This document shows positions 19,365-27,668 of a stretch of DNA of 43,927 nucleotides, piece after piece. The stretch is from an uncultured Bacilli bacterium. GTDB lineage: Bacteria > Bacillota_I > Bacilli_A > RF39 > UBA660. The notes below the pieces were generated by a model. It ran no database searches. It saw only the letters and a list, made by a program, of their open reading frames with translations, and was not told the origin of the DNA. Positions within the stretch are counted from its first letter, which is position 1, and each line of letters begins with the position of its first letter. The stretch lies in the NCBI GenBank assembly GCA_947627385.1, contig CANQVV010000002.1, positions 1 to 43,927 on the forward strand, read 5' to 3'. A program made the translations under genes and the position numbers.

Positions 19365-19404
19365 AATCACTTAGTAAAACATAGTATTTACTAGGTGATT
19401 TTTT
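19365..19404 (+). terminator. Rho-independent terminator after parC that overlaps the SD of the next gene
   Basis: 14-bp stem aatcacttagtaaa / tttactaggtgatt (one G-T pair) followed by tttttt. The 3' arm contains AGGTGA (19393-19398), the SD of the GTG-initiated ORF at 19405. Confidence 0.65.
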
Positions 19405-19764
19405 GTGAGTAAAAAAGAAGAGTTTAAAGAATTTATAAGAAATAAACCCGAATTAGTTGAATATATTAAAAACAAAGAAATGACTCTTCAATCATTTTAT
19501 GAATTATATGATGTTTATGGTAGTGATGAAGAAGCTTGGAGACCTTATGAAAGAAGTAGTAATCCTTCTAATTTAGTTAATCCTAGTAAAATAACTGATA
19601 TAATGAAGAATATTAATATTGATGAAATTCAAAAACATATTAATACTGCTCAAAAAGCTCTTGGAGTAGTTGAAGATCTAACTACCAAAGGAACAAGTAA
19701 TGTCACTAATGCTATTAAAGGGCCATTATCACCGCGTCCTTTAAATAAATTTTTTGAGGATTAA
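19405..19764 (+). CDS. ylbD: YlbD-like putative spore coat protein
   Basis: GTG start. EEFKEFIRNKPELVEYIKNKEMTLQSFYELYDVYGSDEEAWRPYE parallels B. subtilis YlbD (VQEFKEFVKKHPKMIQEVRK..RTWQEIYENWVLFGE.DP.WDPY). The C-terminal ...RPLNKFFED is similar to YlbD ...FSFRKD. Confidence 0.7.
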   Translation: MSKKEEFKEFIRNKPELVEYIKNKEMTLQSFYELYDVYGSDEEAWRPYERSSNPSNLVNPSKITDIMKNINIDEIQKHINTAQKALGVVEDLTTKGTSNVTNAIKGPLSPRPLNKFFED

Positions 19765-19765
19765 G

Positions 19766-19987
19766 ATGGAATATTTTTTACAACAAAAATTATTAGAAGA
19801 TAAAAAATTTAAAAAGTATTTTGATGAAAATACTAATTTTATTAAATATTTTAATCGTAATCCTGAGTATTATCGAGAATTTATGAAAGAAATGAAAGAA
19901 GTTTATAAAGAAAGAACTACTGATAAATTAAATGACGCAATTAATACAATAAATGTTGTAAGTTCAATAATTGATACTTTAAAATAA
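19766..19987 (+). CDS. ylbE: YlbE-like protein
   Basis: ATG at 19766, preceded by the SD GAGGA. The ORF-track start at 19754 lacks one. FIKYFNRNPEYYREF resembles the YlbE-family .WYRKLSRNP motif. The adjacency to ylbD is conserved. Confidence 0.55.
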   Translation: MEYFLQQKLLEDKKFKKYFDENTNFIKYFNRNPEYYREFMKEMKEVYKERTTDKLNDAINTINVVSSIIDTLK

Positions 19988-20010
19988 ATGTTAAAATTTT
20001 TTTACCTCAA

Positions 20011-20039
20011 TTGACAGATAAAAATTCCCATACTATAAT
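20011..20039 (+). promoter_or_regulatory. Consensus sigma-A promoter for rmuC
   Basis: TTGACA (20011-20016), a 17-nt spacer, then TATAAT (20034-20039). Confidence 0.7.
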
Positions 20040-20059
20040 GAAAATAATAGAGGTGCATT

Positions 20060-21175
20060 ATGTTAGAATATATTATTATTGGTCTACTTAGTTTGATTAT
20101 AATATTGCTTATTATATTAATAATTAGAAATAATGGTAGTCGAGATATAGTAGAGAGAATTGGTAAATTAGATACAAGCGTTGTTAAAGAAATAGGAGAT
20201 TTTAAATTAAATTTTAGTAAAGATTTAAGAAATGATTTTGAGAGTTTAGTGGAAAAAATTGAATATCGTTTAAATTTAATTAATGAGAAAGTTAATAGTC
20301 AATTATCAGAAAACTTTGAAAAAAGTAATAAAACATTTATGAATGTTTTAGAAAGACTTAATAAAATAGATGAAGCTCAAAAGAAAATAGATGGATTAAA
20401 TAGTGAAATTGTTTCTTTACAAAGTGTTTTAACTGACAAAAAAACGAGAGGCACTTTTGGTGAAGTTAATTTAGAATATATTTTAAATAATGCTTTTGGT
20501 TCTTCAAAAAATGGTATCTATGAAACTCAACATAAGATGAGTAATGGAGCGGTGGCTGATTGCCTTTTATATGCTCCTTCTCCTCTTGGAACTATTGCTA
20601 TTGATAGTAAATTTCCATTAGAAAATTATCAAAGAATGGTTGATAAAAATAGAACTAAAATGGAAAGGGAACTTTTTGAAAAAAATTTTGTGAATGATGT
20701 CAAAAAACATATTAATGCCATTGCTGATAAATATATTATTCCAGGTGAAACTAGTAATGAAGCAATAATGTTTTTGCCGGCGGAAGCTATATTTGCTGAA
20801 ATTAATGCTTATCATGCGGAACTATTAAATTATGCTTATCAAAGAAAAGTTTGGATAACGGGGCCAACCACATTAATTAGTACGTTATCTATTATAAGTA
20901 TGATTTTAAAAAATATTGAAAGAGATAAATATGCCAAAGTTATTCATGAAGAACTAGATAAATTAGGAGTAGAATTTGGCAGATATAAAGATCGTTGGGA
21001 TAAATTATCAAGAAATGTTAAAATTGTTAATCAAAGTTTAGATGAACTACATACAACTACGGAGAAAATAACTAAAAGATTTCAAAGTATTAAAAATGTT
21101 AAAATTCAAGAATTAGAAACAGAAAATGAATTAGATATTAAAGAGGATGATAATATTGACAATATACTTGATTAG
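20060..21175 (+). CDS. rmuC: DNA recombination protein RmuC
   Basis: N-terminal TM, a coiled-coil segment, then the RmuC nuclease-like region (TRGTFGEVNLEYIL...DCLLY....IAIDSKFPLENY...MFLPAEAIF...). Confidence 0.8.
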   Translation: MLEYIIIGLLSLIIILLIILIIRNNGSRDIVERIGKLDTSVVKEIGDFKLNFSKDLRNDFESLVEKIEYRLNLINEKVNSQLSENFEKSNKTFMNVLERLNKIDEAQKKIDGLNSEIVSLQSVLTDKKTRGTFGEVNLEYILNNAFGSSKNGIYETQHKMSNGAVADCLLYAPSPLGTIAIDSKFPLENYQRMVDKNRTKMERELFEKNFVNDVKKHINAIADKYIIPGETSNEAIMFLPAEAIFAEINAYHAELLNYAYQRKVWITGPTTLISTLSIISMILKNIERDKYAKVIHEELDKLGVEFGRYKDRWDKLSRNVKIVNQSLDELHTTTEKITKRFQSIKNVKIQELETENELDIKEDDNIDNILD

Positions 21176-21767
21176 TAATAATTTACTTTGTGATAGTTTA
21201 AATTATACTTGGGATGCTGATTTAGATACTTTGAGAAAAATTAGAGTTTTAAGTATTGAAGGTGAAAGAGTAGCTCAAAAAATTAGTGAACTAAAAATAT
21301 TAGAAGATACAGATAAAATTATATCTAGTTTTCAAAGTAGTGCTTTGGGTAGTGCTAAATATTTGAATGCTAAATTAGATTTAACTATTGATATGCATAA
21401 AGAAGTTAATGATTGTAAAGTTGGGGAACTTGGTAGTAAAAATATGAAAATGGTTAAAGGCTTGCAAGATCATGAATTTACTTATAAACTTCCTGGTGGT
21501 GAGTCTTTAATCGATGTAGGTAATCGTTTGGATAATTTTATTAAATCAATTAATAATAAACAAAAAATCGTTATTTATACTCATAAAAGAGCAATTTTAG
21601 GTTTTATTTTAAAATATTGTCAAGTAGGCTATAATTTAGATGAAAATTTAATTTTAACTTATAATAATAATGTTATTTACGATGATAGTGAATCTAATTA
21701 TGATATTTATGAATTAACAATGAATGAACAAAAAATATTAGATATAAAAAGAATTATTGTAGATTAA
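21156..21767 (+). CDS. Histidine-phosphatase (phosphoglycerate-mutase-like) fold protein with degenerate catalytic residues; putative pseudoenzyme
   Basis: Best start is TTG at 21156, 9 nt after AAGAGGA. The ATG at 21147 directly abuts the SD. (M)TIYLISNN aligns to the family signature ..YL.RHGE. LSIEGERVAQKIS, LPGGESLIDVGNRLDNFI and IVIYTHKRAILGFIL match the other family blocks. It overlaps the rmuC stop by 20 nt. Confidence 0.6.
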   Translation: MTIYLISNNLLCDSLNYTWDADLDTLRKIRVLSIEGERVAQKISELKILEDTDKIISSFQSSALGSAKYLNAKLDLTIDMHKEVNDCKVGELGSKNMKMVKGLQDHEFTYKLPGGESLIDVGNRLDNFIKSINNKQKIVIYTHKRAILGFILKYCQVGYNLDENLILTYNNNVIYDDSESNYDIYELTMNEQKILDIKRIIVD

Positions 21768-21777
21768 TAATTCTTTT

Positions 21778-23157
21778 TTATTTTTTACCTAAAAGTTTTA
21801 AACCAACTTCATTAACTGGTCCCGCTCCAATAGTAATTACTAAATCATTTGCTTGTAAATGTTCTTTTAAATATTCGACTATTTTAGCAAATGAATCAAT
21901 GTATATGACATTAGGATTATTTACTTTTATCAAATTTACTAAATCATCTTCATGAACATTATATATATTAGTTTCCCTAGCTGGATAAATCGGCGCAATA
22001 ATTACATTATCAAAATTTTTTAAGACTTCGGCAAATTCTTCTAAATGTTGTTTAGTTCGAGAAAAAGTATGTGATTGAAAAACAGCATAATTTTGGTGAC
22101 ACGAAATATTTTTAGCAGAATTATATGTAGCCTTTATTTCCGTAGGATGGTGAGCATAATCATCATAGACTAAAACATTATCTTTATATTTACCAATAAA
22201 TTCAAATCTTCTTTCAACCCCAACATATTCTTCAATTCCTTTTTTTATTGCTTCTTTATTAATATTATAAATAATACATATAGCAGTACTAGCCAAAGCA
22301 TTATAAATATTATGATTGCCTAAAATATTTAAATGTAAATGAATAAATAATTTATCATTATAATAGATATCAAATTCTGGATGACCTAATTCATCATAAT
22401 TAATATTTAAAGCTTGCAAATTAGCTTTATTTTTCATACCATAAGTTATAACATTTAAATTTTCTTTATATTTAAGACTCATTGTATTAGCATCATCAGC
22501 ATTTAAAATTAAGTTACCATTATCTGGTAAAAGATATGTATATTTAGTAAAAGAATTTTTAATTCCTTCAATGTTTTTAAAGTAATCTAAATGGTCATCA
22601 TCAATATTTAAAATAACTTCACTAGTTGGAAAAAAGTTTAAAAAACTATCAACATATTCGCAAGCTTCCATAATAAAATAGTCATAACCACCAACATAAT
22701 AATTAGAATTAATTTTAGGTAAAATAGCTCCGATTTGAATAGTAGGATTTTTACCATCTTCAATAAAGCAAGATGATATCATACCGGTTGTGGTTGATTT
22801 ACCATGTGTACCAGATATGCATATTACTTCTTTATATTCCTTAGTCATTAAACCTAAAAATTTAGCTCTTTCATAAACTTCTTTATGTAGTTCATAAGCT
22901 CTTTTTAATTCACTATGTTCAGGACTAATTGCTGCTGTATAAACTACAATATCAACATCATCAATAATAGCCGGATTTTCCCCAATTGTAACGGTAATTC
23001 CTTTATCAATTAAAGTTTGAACATTTTTAGAAAGAGAAGCATCACTACCTGAAATAATGCTACCTTTTTCAAATAATATTTCGGCAATTCCACTCATTGA
23101 AATGCCTCCAATACCAATAAAATGAATTTTTTTATCTTTAAACATAAGATAAGTCAC
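21778..23157 (-). CDS. murC: UDP-N-acetylmuramate--L-alanine ligase
   Basis: IHFIGIGGISMSGIAEIL (Rossmann), the GTHGKSTTTGM P-loop and DDYAHHPTEI are present. 459 aa. Confidence 0.92.
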   Translation of the reverse strand: MTYLMFKDKKIHFIGIGGISMSGIAEILFEKGSIISGSDASLSKNVQTLIDKGITVTIGENPAIIDDVDIVVYTAAISPEHSELKRAYELHKEVYERAKFLGLMTKEYKEVICISGTHGKSTTTGMISSCFIEDGKNPTIQIGAILPKINSNYYVGGYDYFIMEACEYVDSFLNFFPTSEVILNIDDDHLDYFKNIEGIKNSFTKYTYLLPDNGNLILNADDANTMSLKYKENLNVITYGMKNKANLQALNINYDELGHPEFDIYYNDKLFIHLHLNILGNHNIYNALASTAICIIYNINKEAIKKGIEEYVGVERRFEFIGKYKDNVLVYDDYAHHPTEIKATYNSAKNISCHQNYAVFQSHTFSRTKQHLEEFAEVLKNFDNVIIAPIYPARETNIYNVHEDDLVNLIKVNNPNVIYIDSFAKIVEYLKEHLQANDLVITIGAGPVNEVGLKLLGKK

Positions 23158-23388
23158 CTCTTTATAAATATATTATAATATTAACTAAAATATATAGCAA
23201 TAAGTCGTTGCAAATTTTCTTGACTTTGATTGACAATTTTGGCTATGTAAAACGAACAAAAAAATTTAAAAAATTTTTTAAAAATTAAAACAGCGGTAGA
23301 ATCTAATAAGAAATGTTTTTTTTACTAAAAAATTTAAAAAAATTAAAATGTTTGATTGACAAAACTAAAATTTTTTGCAAAAAAAACA

Positions 23389-23417
23389 TTGATAATTTTT
23401 TAAAGTAGTAAGATAAT
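23389..23417 (+). promoter_or_regulatory. Putative sigma-A promoter for the nrdD operon
   Basis: TTGATA (23389-23394), a 17-nt spacer, then GATAAT (23412-23417). SD ggagagg lies before the ATG at 23444. Confidence 0.5.
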
Positions 23418-23443
23418 AAATTTGTAACGGAGAGGTAGTAAAA

Positions 23444-25717
23444 ATGAAAGAAGATTTATTTAGTGACTTAGTAGTTGTTAAAAGAAGTGGTCAAAGAGTC
23501 CCTTTTAATGGCACTAAGATAGCAATAGCTATTAAAAAAGGTTTTGATAGTGTTTATGAAGAATATGATGAAAAAGTAGTTAATAAACTATATGAAAAAG
23601 TCTTAAAATATATTGAAAAAGAATATCAAGATCGAAAAACAATTGGTATTGAAGAAATTCAAGACATTATCGAAAATGAATTGAAAAAAAGTGATGAACA
23701 AGTTTATAAATCATTTTCTGAATATCGGGAAAGAAGAGCGGCATCAAGAGAGGCATTTGTTGTTAAACAACAACACAAATTTGTTAAAGCCATTGAATCC
23801 TTAGGATTAAAATCAGCCAAAGAAGAAAATGCTAAAAGAGAAAATGCCAATGTTGATGGTGATGGTCCAATGGGAACAATGCTTCATTTTGGTTCAACTG
23901 TGTCTCGTGAATTTGCCAAAGCTTATTTAATGGATGCTAAATATGCTAGGGCTCATGATGAAGGAGCTATTCATATTCATGATTTAGACTTCTTACCAAT
24001 GGGTACAACAACTTGTAATCAAATTGATTTAGATAAATTATTTGCTCATGGTTTTTCCACTGGTCATGGTTTTCTTAGAACTCCTAATGACATTATGAGT
24101 TATACCGCCTTAGCAGCTATATGTATTCAAGCCAATCAAAATGATCAACATGGTGGCCAAAGTATTCCAATGTTTGATTATTATATGGCCCCAGGGGTTA
24201 AGAAAACATTTAAAAAGCAATTAAAACAAATGTTATATGATTATCTAGATTTAGAAGGCTTTTTAGGAGAAATAAATTTTGATGAAGTTGTCGAAGAAAT
24301 AAATAAGTTAGAATCAATTGATTTAAATGTTAAAGAATATTTTGAAAAATATATAACTAGTGATAGATTAGAAGAATTATTTATTAAATCTTATGATAAA
24401 GCCTTAGCTAAAACTGATCGAATTACTTATCAAGCTATGGAAGCCTTTATCCATAATTTAAATACAATGCACAGTAGAGCCGGAGCCCAAGTACCATTTT
24501 CATCAGTTAATTTTGGAACAGATACTTCACCTGAGGGTAGAATGGTTATTAAAAATTTCTTATTAGCTACTGATGCAGGATTAGGTCAAGGAGAAACACC
24601 AATATTCCCAATTTCAATATTCAAACTAAAAGAAGGTGTTAGTTATAATAAAGAAGATCCTAATTATGATTTGTTTAAATTAGCTTGTAAAGTTTCAGCT
24701 AAAAGATTATTCCCTAACTTCTCATTCTTAGATTCTTCATTTAATAAACCTTATTTAAAAGATGGTGATCCTAAAACCGAAGTTGGCTATATGGGATGTC
24801 GTACCAGAGTTATAGGAAATATTTGTTATCCTGATAAACAAATAACTCCTGGTAGAGGTAATTTATCATTTACTACCATTAATTTACCAAGAATAGGTAT
24901 TAAACATGGTATTGCCTTAGGTGAACGTGATAAAGCTGATATGAAAGGCTTTTATGCCGAATTAGATGATTTATTAGATTTATGTAAAGGGCAACTTTTA
25001 CAAAGATTTGATATCCAATGTAGTAAAAATGTTAATAATTTTAAATTCTTACTTGGTTCTCATGTATGGCTTGATTCTGAAAAATTAGAACCTGGTCAAA
25101 AAATTAGAAAAATTCTTAAACATGGTACTTTATCTATTGGCTTTATTGGTCTTGCTGAATGTTTAAAAGCCCTTATTGGTGAACATCATGGTGAATCAGA
25201 AAAAGCGCAAAAGTTAGGTTTAGAAATTATAAAACATATGCGGGAAAAATGTGATGAATATTCCGAAGAATTAAAATTAAATTTTACTTGTCTTGCCACT
25301 CCTGCTGAGGGATTATCTGGAAGATTTGTGGGTATTGATCGTTCAATATATGGTAAACTTAAAGGTATAACTGATAGAGAATATTATACTAATTCATTCC
25401 ATGTACCAGTTTATTACCATACAACTATTCAACATAAATTAGAAGTTGAAGGAAAATATCATAAATTAACTAATGCTGGTCATATATCTTATATTGAGAT
25501 TGATGGTGATACTGCCAATAATGTAGAAGCATTTGAAAAAATTATTCGTATTATGCATGATTGTGATATTGGATATGGTGCTGTTAACCATCCAGTAGAT
25601 CGTGATCCAGTATGTGGTTATGTTGGTGTTATAAACAATGTTTGTCCAAGATGTGGTCGTCATGATTTTGAAGGGGTACCGGTTGAAACTTTAACGCATA
25701 TAGAATGTGATTGCTAA
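23444..25717 (+). CDS. nrdD: Anaerobic (class III) ribonucleoside-triphosphate reductase, large polypeptide lacking the glycyl-radical tail
   Basis: ATP-cone (VVKRSGQRVPFNGTKIAIAI), catalytic-core motifs (TTCNQIDL, GGQSIP, NFGTD, MGCRT, GNLSFTTINLPR) and a Zn-ribbon region (NHPVDRDPVCGY...VCPRCGRHD). The ORF ends ...THIECDC* with no R..GY glycyl-radical motif. Confidence 0.9.
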   Translation: MKEDLFSDLVVVKRSGQRVPFNGTKIAIAIKKGFDSVYEEYDEKVVNKLYEKVLKYIEKEYQDRKTIGIEEIQDIIENELKKSDEQVYKSFSEYRERRAASREAFVVKQQHKFVKAIESLGLKSAKEENAKRENANVDGDGPMGTMLHFGSTVSREFAKAYLMDAKYARAHDEGAIHIHDLDFLPMGTTTCNQIDLDKLFAHGFSTGHGFLRTPNDIMSYTALAAICIQANQNDQHGGQSIPMFDYYMAPGVKKTFKKQLKQMLYDYLDLEGFLGEINFDEVVEEINKLESIDLNVKEYFEKYITSDRLEELFIKSYDKALAKTDRITYQAMEAFIHNLNTMHSRAGAQVPFSSVNFGTDTSPEGRMVIKNFLLATDAGLGQGETPIFPISIFKLKEGVSYNKEDPNYDLFKLACKVSAKRLFPNFSFLDSSFNKPYLKDGDPKTEVGYMGCRTRVIGNICYPDKQITPGRGNLSFTTINLPRIGIKHGIALGERDKADMKGFYAELDDLLDLCKGQLLQRFDIQCSKNVNNFKFLLGSHVWLDSEKLEPGQKIRKILKHGTLSIGFIGLAECLKALIGEHHGESEKAQKLGLEIIKHMREKCDEYSEELKLNFTCLATPAEGLSGRFVGIDRSIYGKLKGITDREYYTNSFHVPVYYHTTIQHKLEVEGKYHKLTNAGHISYIEIDGDTANNVEAFEKIIRIMHDCDIGYGAVNHPVDRDPVCGYVGVINNVCPRCGRHDFEGVPVETLTHIECDC

Positions 25718-25746
25718 AATAAGTAATAAGGAGGAGGAAATATATT

Positions 25747-25923
25747 ATGGAAGCAGTTAAAAAAGAAAAAATGGTTGGTGAAGGAGTTGGATTTGAAAGA
25801 ATCCGTCGTATAACAGGTTATTTAGTAGGTACAACTGAAAGATTTAATAATGCTAAAAAGGCCGAAGAAAAAGACCGTGTTAAACACACTGGCCTAAATT
25901 GTCAAAAAAAAGTTGCAGAATAG
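25747..25923 (+). CDS. Free-standing 58-aa glycyl-radical peptide corresponding to the NrdD C-terminus (not in the ORF track)
   Basis: SD AAGGAGGAGG (25728-25737) precedes the ATG at 25747. The translation is MEAVKKEKMVGEGVGFERIRRITGYLVGTTERFNNAKKAEEKDRVKHTGLNCQKKVAE, with TAG at 25921-25923. RIRRITGYLVG...RFNNAKKAEEKDRVKH parallels the E. coli NrdD tail RRVCGYLGSPDARPFNAGKQEEVKRRVKH. Confidence 0.8.
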   Translation: MEAVKKEKMVGEGVGFERIRRITGYLVGTTERFNNAKKAEEKDRVKHTGLNCQKKVAE

Positions 25924-25931
25924 GCTAAATT

Positions 25932-26486
25932 ATGACAATTAGATTAGCAGCACCTCTTCAAAGAGATAGTGTTGTTGATGGTTATGGTGTAAGGACAGTT
26001 ATTTGGACACAAGGTTGTTCGCATAATTGTCCTTTTTGCCAAAATCCTCAAACACATGATTTTGATGGTGGCAAAGAAGTTGAACTTAAAGAGATATTTG
26101 AAGAACTTAAAACTCTAAAAGATCAAGATGGTATCACATTAAGTGGAGGTGATCCTTTATTTCAAATTGAACCTATTACGGAGATTGCTAAATATGCTAA
26201 ACATTTAGGTTTAAATGTTTGGTGCTATACAGGTTTTACTTATGAAAAAATATTAGAATTTGCCCAAGATAAACCAATATATTTAGAATTTTTAAAATAT
26301 ATAGATGTTTTAGTTGATGGTAAATTTGAAATTGCTAAAAAGGATTTAACATTATTGTTTAGAGGTTCAAGTAATCAAAGACTTATTGATGTTCCCGCAA
26401 CTTTGAAACAAAATAAAGTAATCATAATACCTGAAAGTGATGGTATTATAGATAACTTTAAAAATAAAAATAAATTATACATTTAG
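25932..26486 (+). CDS. nrdG: Anaerobic ribonucleotide reductase activating protein (radical SAM)
   Basis: CSHNCPFCQNP (a CX3CX2C radical-SAM cluster), GITLSGGDPL and its position immediately after nrdD. Confidence 0.9.
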   Translation: MTIRLAAPLQRDSVVDGYGVRTVIWTQGCSHNCPFCQNPQTHDFDGGKEVELKEIFEELKTLKDQDGITLSGGDPLFQIEPITEIAKYAKHLGLNVWCYTGFTYEKILEFAQDKPIYLEFLKYIDVLVDGKFEIAKKDLTLLFRGSSNQRLIDVPATLKQNKVIIIPESDGIIDNFKNKNKLYI

Positions 26487-26512
26487 TAATAGGTAACTTC
26501 TATTACTTTTTT
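26485..26512 (+). terminator. Rho-independent terminator of the nrd operon
   Basis: Stem agtaatag / ctattact (26485-26492 and 26500-26507) followed by tttttt. Confidence 0.6.
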
Positions 26513-26579
26513 ATATAAATAACTTTTAAATAAAATTTAAACATGTTAAAATAACTTTTAGAAAGGATCATTAATTTTA

Positions 26580-27668
26580 ATGAGAAAAATATATATAGTT
26601 GGATATTTTAAAAGAAATTTGGGGGATGATTTATTTCTTAATCTATTGACACATAGATATCCTAATTGTCAGTTTTATATCTGTATTAATAAAAAATATG
26701 CTAAGTACTATAAACATATTAAAAATTTACAATTAATTAAAGTTAACACTTTCATGGAAAATTTTAATAAACTTACCGCAGTTTTATTTAATGGCTTTAA
26801 AATAAGTGATATGAAAATAAAGAATGTTGATGCAGTTATTATTTTGGGCGGGTCATTATTTGATGAACAATTTGGAAGTTTATCACTTTTTAATCTATAT
26901 AAAAAATGGTTAATAAAAAACAAAAAATTATTTATAATTAATCCTAGTTTTGGGCCATGTAATACGGAAAAATATTACTTAAAAGTTAGAAGAATTCTAA
27001 ATTATGCGCAAGATATTTGTTTTCGGGATTTGTACTCTTATAAAAAATTTCATGATTTAAAGTGCGTGAGATATGCCCCAGATATGGTTTTTAAAATAGC
27101 AAATAATAATAGTTTAAATGAATCAAAAGAAAAAATTTTAGCCATTTCCGTAGTTAATTTAAAAATTTTAAAATTAACTAAATCATATAATTTTGATTAT
27201 ATAAAATTTTTAACTAAAATAATTAATAGTTATATTTCTAAAAATTATAAAATTAGATTATTAGCATTTAGTGAAGCTTTAAAAGACAATAAAATTATTG
27301 AAGAAATAATGCAAAATATAAACAAAAATAATAAAAGTAAGATAGAAATTATTACCTATAATAATACTAATATGGATGTAATGCTTAACGCTATTCAAAC
27401 TTCTTCTAAATTAATTGCCACTCGTTTTCATAGTTTAGTTTTAGGGTTAAGTTATGGTGTACCAACTTTACCGATAATTTATCACCAAAAATTATTAACA
27501 GTTTTAGAAGAATTAGGCTATGAAAAATATGCTATTAAATTAGATAAATTAAAAGAGATAAATATTAAAGAGTTGAAGTTTATTAAAATATCAAATAAAA
27601 TGAGAAAAGATTTAGCCAATAAAGCAGATAATCAATTTGTTAAGTTAGATAAATTTATTAATGATTAA
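26580..27668 (+). CDS. Polysaccharide pyruvyl transferase family protein
   Basis: The N-terminal IYIVGYFKRNLGDDLFLNLL and C-terminal ATRFHSLVLGLSYGVPTLPIIYHQK blocks are typical of CsaB/WcaK-like pyruvyl transferases. Confidence 0.65.
   Translation: MRKIYIVGYFKRNLGDDLFLNLLTHRYPNCQFYICINKKYAKYYKHIKNLQLIKVNTFMENFNKLTAVLFNGFKISDMKIKNVDAVIILGGSLFDEQFGSLSLFNLYKKWLIKNKKLFIINPSFGPCNTEKYYLKVRRILNYAQDICFRDLYSYKKFHDLKCVRYAPDMVFKIANNNSLNESKEKILAISVVNLKILKLTKSYNFDYIKFLTKIINSYISKNYKIRLLAFSEALKDNKIIEEIMQNINKNNKSKIEIITYNNTNMDVMLNAIQTSSKLIATRFHSLVLGLSYGVPTLPIIYHQKLLTVLEELGYEKYAIKLDKLKEINIKELKFIKISNKMRKDLANKADNQFVKLDKFIND

Noticed and set aside
21147-21155. ATG at 21147 as the start of the histidine-phosphatase-fold gene
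   Set aside because: The SD-like AAGAGGA directly abuts this ATG with zero spacing. TTG at 21156 has 9-nt spacing and gives the family-typical N-terminus (M)TIYLI... This is not decisive.
23163-23200. Two AT-rich quasi-palindromes (tataaatatattataa and ctaaaatatatagcaa) as possible NrdR boxes
   Set aside because: They share only the central ATATAT core and lack the conserved outer C/G positions of the NrdR consensus. They lie ~200 bp upstream of the likely nrdD promoter, next to the murC start. In DNA this AT-rich, such matches are expected by chance.
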